From: Oikopleura dioica
Taxonomy: Eukaryota; Animalia; Chordata
DNA: 64,000 nt
Direction of reading: 5' to 3'
Assembly: GCA_907165135.1 (NCBI GenBank)
Contig: OU015566.1
Location: 10,106,001 to 10,170,000 of the forward strand
A program made the position numbers and the translations under genes. Below the pieces are notes generated by a model. That model did no database searches and had not been told where the DNA came from. It saw only the letters and a program-made list of their open reading frames with translations. Below, in pieces: positions 1 to 16,928 of the stretch (its first letter is position 1; each line of letters opens with the position of its first letter).

Positions 1-1219
1 ACGATCGGTGGGAGAGTCGAAAAATCTGGTTCCATATCATTCAACAATTTTGAAATGAATGATTGAATGTCGATAATGAGTGACAGTTCTTCGCTTGAAA
101 GTGAATCCAGTAGACCAGCACTGCAGCGAAGAATGAATGAAAAGTTTCCTTTTGAGAAGATGCTGCCGAACAAATCGAGATATTCGCTGCTCTTTGAGAT
201 TCGTTCTTTCTTTGGCACGACCGAAATATCTTGAGGGTGGACGTTTTCGTATGATCGGCAGTAGCAGAGCAAATCGAAGAGATCTTTTTGGAATGCTTCT
301 ATCAATGGATACAGCTCATTTCCCAAGGAACTTGCCTCGATCAAAACTGGTGGATCCTTGAAGCCGATGATTTTGGACAAAAGTGGAAGAATTGCTTTTG
401 AAATTGCTTCTACGTGATTTTTATCGAGCTTTTCTGATGGCACTGATTTCAGAAAAGTAATGACGACTGTGCGGAGGAGACTGAGCCATGATTTGAATTC
501 CTTTGAATTCAGGTTTCCGGGGCGCATCATTGTCTAATCAGAACTGTTTTGCATATGAATGTAGAGAAGGAAAGCTTACCTGAACTATGAAAGTGAACAA
601 TCCAGGAAATATGGATTCGATGAGCTTCTTGTTTTCCTTCATCGCAAGCGTTTCAATCACATGATGGCAGTTATTCAAGATCGTTTTCGTCGATGACTTC
701 TTCCCAAGAGATATTGTGTGAAAAATGACAGCAGATAAAAACTGGATTGCTTTTTCATCTTTTAGATCTTTCCTAAAATCTTTTTGAGATCAGAAATGCA
801 TTGATAAATTACCTGTAAGCCTCAGAATCGGGGCACTGTATTGTAAAAAGAAATTTCAAATAGCTTGTGAGAGCTTCTATCACTGGTTCATCTTTTTGGC
901 CGATCTTCTCGGAAAAGCTGGGAATCCAAGCAAAATGAGAAATAACTTCCCGGGGACTTTTGAATCGACACTTTTGAATCAAAGACGTGTAAAGTTCAAT
1001 GCTGTCCAAGACTATCGTCGATGATTGTGAATTCTGATTGATCACTGCTTGAAAGGGCTTATTATAAATGAAGGCTAGCTTCTCCGCTCCAAAATCTGAT
1101 GTTTCATTCACTTGCTTCAGCTTGAGCGATAATACTTTTGTAGAATGAAGAATTTCATCCTTTTCGTTTCTCTTTATCCCATCAAACAACCTCGCTAACT
1201 CAGAAAATATACCTTCCAT
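1..1219 (-). CDS. Probable TTI1 (TELO2-interacting protein 1)-like HEAT protein, 5' part; runs off the left edge
   Basis: ATG at 1219 after an acceptor-like ttttttag. Two short GT-AG introns join open exons down to position 1. Segments PVIEALTSYLKFLF...FLSAVIF and ESIFPGLFTFIVQ resemble my recollection of the TTI1 N-terminus in spacing. Family call is unverified. Confidence 0.5.
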
Positions 1220-1562
1220 ACTAAAAAAGCACCTTGACTAAAACCCTAAACTCACCCATAAAACCCTGCCTGTGATTCAAAACGAGGCTTAAAACTATCG
1301 ATTGCTGGCTAAAACTCTTTGTAAAAGCCAGAAATGCTAGTCGGATCATGAAAATCGTAGAATTTTTATTGACATGATAGAATTTTAAAAGAACTATAAG
1401 TGCAAGAAATAGCATTTTGAATGTTGAAGAAAACTTTGGGAACACTTGCCAAAGCTAGTTTACAGTTAGGTTTACAGTTTGAAAGTCCTATTGTCACGAA
1501 AAACATATTTGCGGAGGGCATTTTTGATTGACGAAGAAGCAGCGATTTTCACTGCGAATATT

Positions 1563-2018
1563 CTATTGCCCGGAATCGCTGGACGATGAGGAAGTAGAAG
1601 ACGAATCACTGGAATGGGGTTGAGACTGGTGCGAAATTTTCGTTGTAACGCGGCGCATCATTTGACGATTTGAGCCCAGGAATGTTCCCACCGGGTAGTC
1701 TTTGCAAAGCTGGATGAAGCCGTCGTATTTTTTATTCAAATATTGAGACCAATCTAGATTTTATAATTATACTTGAATGGCGTCTGTTTGAATACCTTCT
1801 TGGGGGTAGTTGCTGAGACTGTGCGACGGAGAAGGTGAATTAGACAACTCCCTGGATAGATTTCTCATCATCCGTCTATCAGACGAGAGGAACAAAGTCC
1901 ATGGAATTTCTTTCGGCTGACTTTCTGATTCTACATGCTAACGAAAAGATTTTGATCGCAAGAAATGATTGTTTGGCATTACCGAAATTATATCGGCAGG
2001 ATTTCGAGATCGTCCCAT
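1563..2018 (-). CDS. Small 3-exon orphan protein (about 122 aa) with an internal FLxSxRxMMR repeat and a Ser-rich tail
   Basis: Exons 2018-1983, 1937-1796 and 1753-1563, joined by GT-AG introns of 45 and 42 nt, keep one frame to a TAG at 1565-1563. Not in the ORF track because it is split. Confidence 0.6.
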
Positions 2019-2801
2019 CCGTTTTTGTAGACTGCGCTTGTATTCTGTTGTTATTCGATAACTTGATAACCGTCTCTCTCTCTCTTTCTCGATTTGTATT
2101 TGTTTTATTTTCACAGTGAGTCTTCGTTGTTTTCCTGGGCGACTGTGTGTGTATTTTTCGGATGGTCTCTCTCCTCGCTCGCTCAACGTGTGGTGTTTCC
2201 GTTTTGCCCTGTCAGAAAAGAATCTTCTTGATTGGGTGAAGTTCCCCAATTGAGATACTGATCACAGCAGTGCGTGTTTCACCCCAGTCCGAACCAAATA
2301 AACAACCCGATTTCTGAAAAGGAAAGTGTCAGCTGCAGGTAGAGTAGGGCTGCGTTGGACGTTGTAGCGCGTGACGCAACTAGTGACGCTCACAGGTCAT
2401 GAGAAAAAGTCTGCACAAGACATTTACTTGCTCGAAAATATTCATTTATAAATGAGAATTAAAAACAATAGGTGAGAACTCTTTACATTTGGCGACTCTT
2501 GGATCGCTTTTATGTTCAAAGTAACTATGCGTAAGGTCCGGTAATTAAAAAGAATTAATGGGCTAACTATCGTAAAAAGAATTGTTAACCAAGATGGTCT
2601 AAAATTCAGACTTGAAATATTCTGAAATAGAATCTGCTGACATGTGCATATTGAAAACAACGAGAAAACTCCACTTGTAAAATTTGCTTTATTGAAAATG
2701 TGTAGAGTGGGAATGTGAAAGTGGGGCAGTTAAGTGAACAGTTAGGGGAAACGTGAAAAAGGGGTAAATAAGGTATTTTTTGGTGAGGTGATTGATGACG
2801 T

Positions 2802-5226
2802 TTATTTTACAATCTAAAGCAAAGTTAGTTCGCTGTTTGAAATTGAAGAAGTGTTACCTTTTGGGCAGTACCGATATTGGTACTATTGACTTTCTGGGCG
2901 AAGCGCAGCGTGTTGAACGACTCGTTCGCGAACAACTTGCGCGGGTTGACGTGCATGATCATCAACGTCTTTGAGTTGCCACCAAGCGAGTTCTGGAGCA
3001 AGTGAGTGAGCTAAAAAGGAATTGAATAAGTCTAAGGGTAATCGTCTTTGCAATACCTTGGAGTTTCTGTACGGAACGTGCTTGCTCTTGCTGCCCAGTG
3101 CAGCAATGCAATCACCAAGCGACGAGAGAGAACCGTTGATTTTCTTCGCTTCTTCAAATCGCTGTCCGGTGGCTCCTGATTCTTTGACGCGCTCAGAACC
3201 TGCCAGGTCGACGAGATTCAGGCAGGACTCCACTTTCATTCCGTTGCGGGTGTTTTCGCCAGAGACGTAAAGAATGAAGACTGAAGCAATGATTGAAAAG
3301 TCGTTTCCGATAAGATTTTTGATTACCGGAGTGAGATCGCGATGAACGCTCGTTACAGTTGGTGGAGGCAGTTTTTCGTCGCTTATTCGCTCGCTTGACG
3401 AGGTTGGAGAGCTGATGCTTGGAAGTTATTTCGTGGCGGCTCAAGTTGGCAACGTTGATGTGCTTTGAACCTGTTCCCTCGATCTTGAGCTTCTTGTCTC
3501 CACCTAGAGACGAAATAGGACTCAATCAAGGAAATGAACACTCACCTTCAAGAAGATCATTGAGCTCTTCGCAGTAAACTTCCAAATAAGAAGCTTCAAG
3601 CTTGTAGATCCAGCCTTTTTCTTTCGATTTCTCGACAGCGTCAATGAGAAATTCGAAAGATCTCGGGATGATGCCCTGCATTTCCTCGTTCTCGTAGACA
3701 TCTTCCGGCCCTTCCATTGAGAAAGTTTTGCCAGATCCTGTTTGTCCATACGCAAAAATGGTGACATTGTATCCGTCAAGAGAGCTTCTTACGAGCTGGC
3801 TCACTAAAATAAATAAATTTCTTGAAATTTGAGAAAGAAAATACCTTCGCCGAAAATCTGCATCTGCGTCGAGCCAGGCTGGAAGACGGCATCGAACTCA
3901 AACTCTGCCTTTTCGCCTTTTTTGTCTTCTCGGGTAATTTCAATACCCTTGTCGAGCGCGTTTTCGAAGCTGATATGATCAGCGGTGTGGTTCTCCTGGA
4001 TTTCTTTCGGAAGAAGAGGTCGCACACGGACGAAGACTCGGATATTTCCCTGAAGAAAATTTAGAAAAGAAAAAGAAGACTGTATTTTACCTTGAGTTGC
4101 TGAATAGTTTCGTGCAGCATTCGGCGCTCATCGTCCATCGAGTCCATTTTTTCTCTCATTTCGGATTTGTCTTGGAGCAAGCCTTCTTTCTCGTTCTCAA
4201 GCTTCTTGAGATCATCTTCCTGGAGCTCTACTTTTCGCTTGAGCTGGTCAATCTTCTTCCCAGCTCCCTCATAATCTTCCTGGAGTGAGTCACGCTCGAG
4301 TTTCACTGATTTCAATCGCTTTTGCGTTTCATCAAGTGTATCTTGTGTGCTGTCCAGGTCGTTCTTCAACTTTCGAAGCTCTCGTTGGGCACTGAAAAGA
4401 TTGATTAACTACGGTAGATAATTTAAAGACTTACTTTTGTAGGCGCTCCTCTAAATTGTCATATTCAGCTTCCTTCATCATCTTGTACTCTTCAAGACCC
4501 TTGGCGTGAGTCTGAGCCTGTTGCTTTTCGCCTTTGATGCTCTCGACGGCCTCTGTGAGCATTTTTAGATGCTGCTCTGTCTGCCTTGCTGAGGTGATCT
4601 TCTCTGCGAGGACGATCTCGAGGACGTTGCATCGCTCCTTCAAGTCGAACTTTTTGACTCCTTTGACGATGATTTTTCCTTCAGAAGTCAGTTTGACTCG
4701 ACTATAGATACAATTAACGCGACGTAATCACCAATAAGCATTACCTTGAAGGGCCAGCATCTTCATCTTCCTCAGGGACTTTCTCAACAGGAGCTTTTGT
4801 CGCCTTGACTGGTCCTCTTGCAGTTCCAGCGCGCGCTCCGACTCTAGAAGACGTAGCCGCGGTGAGGGTTTTTGTCCTCAGCGTGCTCGCTTCTCGCTTT
4901 AGCCCTGGTCTCGTTGTAGCAGCTGCTGTTCCGACTGTCCGTTTCACAGCAGCCGTTGCGCCTCTGCCGGGCATCTGCGATCGTCTCTTCGCCTTCGCCA
5001 ACGACTTTCGCGCCGAGAATGTTTTCGATGTTTTCGTTGGGCGCATGTAAGATGGCGGCGCGGCAGGAGTTTTGACGGTTTTCTTTGGAACAGAGGGAAC
5101 ATTCTCCTTGTCTGTCTCCAAAGGGCGCTTGCTAGCCGCGGTAGGTTTCTGCTCGTTTGCCTTCGACGACGATCGCAAGTTCCCGCTCGTGGGAAGCTTG
5201 CTTTTGAAGCCAAATCTATCGCTCAT
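2802..5226 (-). CDS. KIFC1: Kinesin-14 (C-terminal motor, KIFC1/Ncd/Kar3 type)
   Basis: Basic N-terminal tail, coiled coil, then a motor domain with [27 protein letters not shown] and LVDLAGSER. All introns are GT-AG; last exon IVK-stop at 2813-2802. Confidence 0.93.
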
Positions 5227-5511
5227 TTCTACCGATTTCTAAAACATCACTCGTTAGCATCCAAAAATTACATTTTCGTTCTATTCTAGAGAACAGTTCA
5301 CAACTCAGTCTTTCGTTGAACAACTGGTGGTTTCAGCCCGTTTTTCTTTCTCTTGTCTTTTCGCCGTTGGATTTCATCTAATTTCTTGTCGCGGCGCATT
5401 TCTGCGTGGCGCTCTGAAAACTCTGCCTGCGTTTCGTTTTCTCAATTAGGGGTTATCGAAAATCTTGAAAACAAGGACCGGTTTTTCATCAGATAAAACC
5501 CGGTTCAGCAA

Positions 5512-6246
5512 TTACGTAATTTTCAGAATTTCGTTGACCGTTCCTGGAAGGTCTCTAATCGCTCTATACAAGTTTATGTATCCATCTTCTCTAGGGCCAA
5601 AGAGCTCTAGTTCTTGGGACAGAACATAAACAGGAAAGGCAACCATCGAGCTTGTTTCGTTTCGAAGCGCATTTTCAACCATTTCACTGTCGAATCTGTA
5701 CAAAGAAGATTCCTTCGTCTTTTCTGTTGCCCAGAGAATCAAGTCCTTATCTTCAAAGCCTTCCCAAAGAGCGTCAATTTGCTTCGGAACTCGTCGAGCA
5801 AGATCACCAAGAAGAGCTAAAAAGGGAGTAAGAAAAAATTTGGAGAAGTTAGCTACCGATGTTTTCGAAGATGCTCGACATCGAGTTTCGTTCATCACCA
5901 AGTTTTGATGTGTCGAAGTCTTTTGCAGTGAATTCCGATAGATTCGACTTTTCAAGAATTTCTTTGCTGCCGGAAATCTTCGAGGTGATGCTGTTGAATG
6001 CGAGTTCTACCAATCGGGAGCTCTCCTTTGACCTGGCCCAAACTTCCACAGCTCTAAAAATTATGATAATAATTCTTTTGATCATTTTTTCGAATAAACT
6101 TACTGCCTATGCTCTTTTCTCTTCACTCCATATCCAATAAAATACTCTTTCATTCCTTTGAATGAATCATCGACATTTTCTTGACTAGAATTTTCCTCTG
6201 CAGAAATTTGACTAGCGAGAATAAGCAAGGGTGCCCAGATTTTCAT
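5512..6246 (-). CDS. Hypothetical secreted protein; 3' end uncertain
   Basis: ATG at 6246 gives a signal-peptide-like MKIWAPLLILASQISA. Two short GT-AG introns join it in frame to ORFs 5849-6085 and 5512-5955. No recognised domain. Confidence 0.55.
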
Positions 6247-6434
6247 CCTGTGTAAATTTTCGTAGGAAACGCAGAAAGTTTTCTCATCATTTTCTCGATT
6301 TTCTGGTGAGAAACGGTTTTCTTTCCGAGTGGCAGCGCTTGATTGGAGCGCGATCGGCGCGCGCTTTTTTCAAAACGAACCAAAAGGCGCGCAAGTGAAG
6401 ATTCTAAAAGTCCTTGGTCTCGAGTCATCAATAA

Positions 6435-6507
6435 GTTCCTGTAGTGTAGTGGTTATCACGCTCGCTTCACACGCGAGAGGTCTCCGGTTCGAACCCGGAC
6501 AGGAACA
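6435..6507 (+). tRNA. tRNA-Val(CAC)
   Basis: GTTCCTG/CAGGAAC acceptor stem, D arm TAGTGGTTA, anticodon arm CTCGC-TTCACAC-GCGAG, and GGTTCGAA T loop. 73 nt, closely matching animal tRNA-Val. Confidence 0.97.
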
Positions 6508-6509
6508 TG

Positions 6510-6514
6510 TTTTT
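6510..6514 (+). terminator. RNA Pol III oligo-T terminator of the tRNA
   Basis: TTTTT begins 3 nt after the discriminator base. Confidence 0.7.
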
Positions 6515-6764
6515 GAGACATTTTATTGATTCTCGCTCTTCAATGAGCCTGACTCTTCCAGCTGAGGTCCTCCAGGTCACGTGACAGTGGCCCGTGAGGT
6601 CTCATGCTTGGCTCGGATCTGAGCCAAGTTATTGAATTTTCGAAAAGCTTTGAAATAAAAAAAAACTTTTGATCTTTCCTTCGAATTTCGATTTTAAAAA
6701 TCAAATTGATCGAGATATTCCTTTGACAAGAGGCCTATAAAAACTCACGAAAAAAGAGAGCGAA

Positions 6765-7896
6765 ATGCTAGGCGGCTATAGAGCCAGGTATCGTTCTGTA
6801 TAAAAATAATTTTTAACTATTTTGTATCAAGACTAGCAGCACAAGACGTAGTAGCAAATCCAACGAAACATGAAGAACTTCCTGAAGTCCAAGCCCAACG
6901 CCAAGCCGAGCAATGCTTCGTCAGTGATCTCACAAACCTAGGAAAGGTAAAAGCCTCTCAGATCAAGCGAAGACTTCGAGTGGCAGACACTTTCGGAAAA
7001 GGTCAGCGAGAACTACAGATTGTGGTCACGACTGACTACAAGGTTTTTGTATTCTTAGGAATCGTTCTAAAAGTTTCGCTGAAATATTTTTCTTTTGAGC
7101 AAGTTTTGAACAAGACAAAGTCAAGCCATGGTCGGGAAAATACAAGCCAGGAGCAGATGCGAAGGACTGGATGAAGATAACTGAAACAGAGGAGCAGACA
7201 ACGATCAAAATGATGAAATCCCCACTTCTCGAAATTGAGCAACAATGCAAGCTTCTTCACAGCCACCTTGTTTCAACCGGTGCTCCCGTAAAATCGAACG
7301 CCGTCGAGGGATTCCTTATCTTCTCCGATTCTTCCATAGAACTACCTGAAGATATTCTCGAACTAGAGCATGTCCTGACAGGCTCAAAAATCAAAGCGTT
7401 CTGTCGAAAACTCGAGAAAACTTGGACTCAATATTTTACTGACCCTCTGAAGCCATCGTTTTTCACTGGCGCACTTTCTTACAAGCAACTTTCTGCTGCT
7501 TCTGTCGGTCTTTCCAAGGGAGGATCTTATGATAAAATACAACTAACAGGAGGCCGCTTGATCGAGGGCGATTTCAAGGTAAAAAATACCTAAATAAACT
7601 TTATTCAGCCCTTTTAGGCTTGCCCGATGACCTCGTTCGACCGATCTGAAATCGGTCGACTTGATTTCATCCACAATCGAACAACCTGGTTTGGCTCTGC
7701 GAAAGCTCTTCTCGGCGCTCAACCCACCGTTACAATCCGGCTTTATAAGCGCGGCCAAACTCCTGGTTGGATATCAAGCGGAATCTTTTCTACAAACGAG
7801 ATTCCTTTCAACGTCTCTGTCGACTTCCACGCTGCTGGTGAAACTGCCGTTGCGAAAATTCCAGTCAACGAAATTGAATTTATCACACTTGCTTGA
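6765..7896 (+). CDS. NERD (nuclease-related domain)-like protein
   Basis: Spliced model MLGGYRARLAAQD...ELQIVVTTDYKVFV...VKPWSG...SPLLEIEQQCKLL...YDKIQLTGGRLIEGDFK...IEFITLA. The xKxWSG motif and overall layout resemble NERD-family proteins (from memory). The second intron boundary is ambiguous. Confidence 0.6.
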
Positions 7897-8125
7897 TGTG
7901 TTTTCTATCCTTCTTTTCTTGCTTCCGAATTTCTTATTCACCTTCCAATAAATTCACGATAAACACTCGCCATGGAGCAAATATCAATCAACTTTCGAAA
8001 TCGTACGTGACCAAGCCCCAGGTCAATAATATCCATATAAGATAGAGTAGTGGCAGAAATCGAGTTCGAACCAGAGAATCTGTTGAGAACGCGGAAATCA
8101 CTGGTCATTAACACTTCATCAAATC

Positions 8126-9675
8126 ATGGGTAAAGTAAGTACTCATCTTCAATTCTGATCAAAACATAACCAAGAGCGTTACTTGACAAAAATTGGTAAT
8201 TTAAAAAGTGTTACGTTAACATGATGTATTTAGGGATTTTTTCCATGTAATTGATTAATAGGGAGTATTTCTTTATGCAAGGCTCATCTACAAATATTGA
8301 GCATTGAGTACAAAATTTGCCTGTTTGCGCAGTACACTTTTACGGCAGTGCATTTCCTCAATGTAACAGAACAGATTGTTTCTCTATTGATTTCAGGATC
8401 TTTTAAAAAGAGTTTTCAGCTAACGAGAGCAATGAGTGGACGGTTGAAAGGAAAGGTTCAAGACTTAATTTTGCGATTTCTTTCCGAAAAAGCAAAAAAT
8501 ATCTAACCTAAATAAAGTCTTTTCGTATTTGATGACTTTTGGGTTCCTGGCTGCACTTGGCTGCGCATTGTACTTCGGACTTTATGACGACGCGGAAGAT
8601 ATTGCTGTTTTCAACTTCAAGAAACCAACAAATCATGAAGTCGAGCTCGATGAGCCTAACGGCCTCATTCAACCCTTCAAGTACATCGTCTTTACTGACC
8701 CACAGCTTGGCCTTCGAGATGCTGTCGAGGGAAAGTGCGTTACCAAGTCTCTCGCTGAGGAATTGTATTCATGAAATTTTAGTGATGGAACTGACTGGCG
8801 AAAAGATTTGGAAGCAATTGAATTATTTGGCGAACTGAGCAAGAATCTTGAACCTGAGTTCATCGTCTGTGACGGAGATCTAAATAATGCCTATCCAGTT
8901 GTTCGTAATCCTGACGATGATCCAGCTTTCAAACCTCTCTATCGACCTCCACAGGTACAGATTATTTTCGGCTTGCGCTAACTTGAATCAAGACTTTTGA
9001 CTTGCAAACTGCCTTTCAAAAATCACTCGCTAATGATATCCCAACTTTTATGCTCGCTGGAAACCACGACTTGGAAGAACCAAACCCCGACATTATGGAC
9101 GCATATCAAAAAGTCTGGGGAGAGAGCTACTTCTCCTTCTGGAATCGAGGACACTTATTTGTCTCCGTCGAAACTCAGTTTTATCGATCAGAAGATCCAG
9201 AAACTGTCCCTCTTATGAACGAACACAACAAATGGCTTGAAGATACTCTCGCCTCAACGGATGCATTCAAGACAGTGTTCCAGCACGTGCCTCTCTTCAT
9301 CGACAATTCCGAAGAAACTGACTCGGAGTTCTTCGAAAAGTCCGTACCGCTCGAGCACCGGAAATACTTGTTGGATCTCTATTGTCAGAATAATGTCAAA
9401 GTCGTTATCTCTGGACACACACATTTCACCCACTTTCCAGCGGGTAGAGTATATTCGCGGTCTGCAATTTGCTAATGCATAAAAATTCAGAATACGAATG
9501 TGCAAATGGGCAAACTGTGAAACAAGTGATCATAACATCGATTAGTGCTCAGTTGGATTGGGTAAATGAAGCCGGAAAGCATTTTCCCGAAGGGCTTGAT
9601 GGACATGGTGAGCCTGAGTTCCTGCTAGTCACTGTAAACGGTGATATAATGGAGTTTCAGATGATCAAAATGTGA
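8126..9675 (+). CDS. CPPED1: Calcineurin-like metallophosphoesterase (CPPED1 family) with an N-terminal hydrophobic segment; start uncertain
   Basis: Motifs DPQLG, GDLNN, GNHD, VFQHVPLF and SGHTH with CPPED1-like spacing. The 5' model needs a GA-AG intron at 8451-8517. Confidence 0.82.
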
Positions 9676-10156
9676 ATAAATACTTGACTGATAAGATTCG
9701 AAATTGAACAGTATAGCTGCATCTACGATTGCTTTACAAAACACGCCAATCACGACAGACTCATTCCAGTTTTATCTCCAGCATTCGGCATTTATTAAGA
9801 TGGAAAATTACAACAACCAAATACATGGGGCATTGGTACGCCAATTCTCAGCAAATTTTTTTGATTTTTACGCCATGAATTCAGCTTCAACAGTAACATG
9901 TAGGGCAAAATTAAACAATCTAATAACGGCGTCAAAGAACGCGAAAGTGGCATTATGTGTAGTATTTTTTTGTATGGAACATATTTGACAGTTACGCGCA
10001 TTCGTTTTGGAAAATAAAGTATTTATAAATCTAGATGTCAGTTGAATAGGGAGTTACATAAACTAAAAGGGTATGTATTGAAGATTGCTGATGTTGGGTA
10101 TCTCGTGGTTTTTGAGGATTGATGCCAGCGGGATTTTCGGTGGAAGATGGGCGTTT

Positions 10157-11736
10157 TTACTGCTGTTGGCATCGAACGCCGCCGCCGCCCATGCCTTCAT
10201 CGTCGTCGTCGTCACCGTGGTCGTAGGCGTTTCGGGCGCCGCCGCGTCCACGGCCAGAGTGGAGGTGCGCATCGAAGTCTTGCAGCATGACTTCTTCTCT
10301 GTCGCGGACTTCAGCTAAAATTTTCCTTGAGCGATTGAAAAGGCAGCGGATTGAATTACCTTGATCCGCTTTGTTTGGAAGGAGGGCGGAAAGAGCGGCA
10401 ATATTTTCAGTATTCGAGAACCATTCCTTGTCTGGGTACTCGACTTCAAACTGGATAACGAGAGCGCCCTTTTGGAAAGGATCGCGATGGACGGGCATAC
10501 CTTCCCCATCCGCAACTTTGAGTCCTAATATGACATTTGAATAAACAGGTCGTATTCACATGCCCTACCTTCATGCTGAACAAACTCGCCAGGGAGTTGT
10601 GTAATACAGATTTTGCGATTATCGAGAGTCGTAACTTCCCTGGTGAAACCAGTGAGCGCTTCGTTCAGACCGATCTTCATCTTCATCAAGAGATTGTTAC
10701 CTTTGATTTTTTAGAGGGGCGAAAATGACATTGAAAGAGTACCTTTTCGTTGGAAAACATCGTGATCAGCTACTCGTAAGATAATAACGATATCTCCGGC
10801 TTCAACTCCAGGCTCTTCGTCAGCTTTTCCTCGGAATCGGATCTTTTCTCCGTCTTGCATACCCTTCTCAATGTGTACTTCGAGGATTTCCTTTGCTACA
10901 AGAACTCATGATCATCTGAAAGCTGGGAAGGACTCGTACCTTTATCAATCTTTCTACCGTTACAGTGCTTGCACTTATCCTTGGCCGACCACATTTCTCC
11001 TTCTCCTCGACAGTCGCCGCATGGAGACTGGACCTGCTGAATCATTGGGCCCATTCGATGAACTCGAACTGAAATCAATTGAGGCTTCTGAAGATGAAGG
11101 CTTGATCTTACCAGTCATTCCTGTACCCTTGCAGACAGTGCATCTAGTTGGAGCTCCTTGACCGCCCTTGCCGTCGCACTTGCAGCAGATAACTTGTCGC
11201 TGGATGGCAAGCTTCTTGGTCTTGCCGTTGTAAAGATCTTCGAGCTGAACTCGGAGCTCGTGGCCGATATCTAAAACGATGCTTAGAGCACAGTGGTTTT
11301 ATCGGTCGGTCGTACCTTGGCCGCGTCTTGGGCCACGAGATCGTCCGCCGCCGCCGAATGGTCCTCCACCACCACCGAAGAACATGGAGAAGATGTCGTT
11401 TCCGTCGAATCCTCCTCCGCCGCCTCGGCCTTCCTTCAGTCCTTCCATGCCATATCGATCGTAGGTCTCTCTCTTCTGTTCATCAGAGAGCACTTCATAA
11501 GCGGCAGACACCTCTGATTAACTCATTGATAACTGCCAACATTGTGATAATTATAAATACGTTTCTATATAGGATGGATAGGGATTGGAACCTTTGAACT
11601 TTTGCTCAGCCTCTGGACCGGGGTTCTTGTCGGGATGGAGCTTCAAGGCAAGCTTACGGTAAGCCTTCTTGATCTCGGGTCCTTGGGCATTTGGGCTGAC
11701 ACCGAGAGTGTCGTACAGCGTCGTATCCGCTACCAT
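10157..11736 (-). CDS. DNAJA: DnaJ/Hsp40 class A co-chaperone (DNAJA family)
   Basis: J domain with HPD (KLHPDKN), G/F-rich linker, CxxCxGxG zinc repeats, and a C-terminal CQQQ CaaX-like end. Introns are GT-AG. Confidence 0.95.
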
Positions 11737-12960
11737 TCTGAATTGCAAAGGTGGTTTTTAATGTAGGAAAAGTAATGATGAGCTTATAGGAACAGGCACA
11801 GAAACTTTTAAGTAAAGATCACATCATATGTTAGTCAAAGCGTATTGTTTCAAAAACGAACGAGCTTTAAATTGATCATCAGTTACAAAACTAAAAGAAG
11901 TTCGATTAGTAGTGCTCATGCGACCGTGAAATAGGTATCCTTATTCAGAATCAACCCGCCAATCCTGTATCCTGATCAGGAGCTAATTCTGTTTTTACTG
12001 CCCCATAAAAACATATATCTCCACCGATATAAGCCTGATTGAAGCCCTTTTTTGAAAAGAGACGATTTCGTCTGATTGAAAATGAAGACAAAATAACTGG
12101 TTTCATCACAAGAACAAAACACCGTTGTTAACTTCGTCTCTAGAGAAAACCTCTAAAATCACAGCAAAGAAAATACAAGAGTATCTGAGTTTTTGGTAAG
12201 CTGAGATTTGAAAAAAACTGGGACGGGAGAAAGAGTGAAAATCGACACGCAAAAATCGATTTGGAAAACACTCACTTTTCTAAAGAAATTTTTGAACAGC
12301 TCTCTCTATTTTTCGACAGATGACTCTTTTTGTCTGCTAGTCAGGAGGGGGTGGGTACTTGATGACATTTATACAGTCAAATTGTAAATATTGATTATTC
12401 TGATTCAGACTTTTTCCTGAATAGATTTTACAAAAGCTTATCAACTAAGTGACTAATTATTTTTGGAGGATCACTTCTTTGGCTGTAAAAAATTCGTCAT
12501 GACGACGTAAAGTAACGATGAGATCTTTCTCTTGAAAAAAACACTAATTTTTCTCACGAAAATAATTCTCTAGCAAAATGGCGTTCTCATGTTTGAAAGA
12601 GCTGATTTTTGGTTGGTTTTATTTGGATGAATCAGATGATTGTACTAGAATATTCTCGAATTATAATTGTGGTGGAAAGACTGGAGGATTTCTTCCGAGG
12701 AGATTTCTGATTCGCGTTTTGGAGCTGCGCGGGCGCAGTTTGCTGAGTAATTTGACAAAGCAGGCTGGCCCTTTTTCCGTTGGGCCGATGGATGGCGCCC
12801 GGGCTACGGAGAAATTTCAGGCATCCAAGGCCACCTTCGTTATCATTTCGATACAGACGATGAATGAAATAATGTATTTTTAAAGGAATGCTTATCGGAT
12901 GATTTTAGAGTTGAGTCGAGGTCGAAAAACCGAAGAAAAGCGGCCAGAAAGCGGCGAAAA

Positions 12961-16928
<3,968 letters not shown>

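Noticed and set aside
2232-2290. Stem-loop GGGTGAA...TTCACCC upstream of the small orphan gene
   Set aside because: The stem is short and imperfect, not pre-miRNA-like, and compatible with chance.
5466-5500. Small inverted repeat (accggttttt...aaaacccggt) after the secreted orphan
   Set aside because: Too short, with no target-site duplication or second copy to support a MITE.
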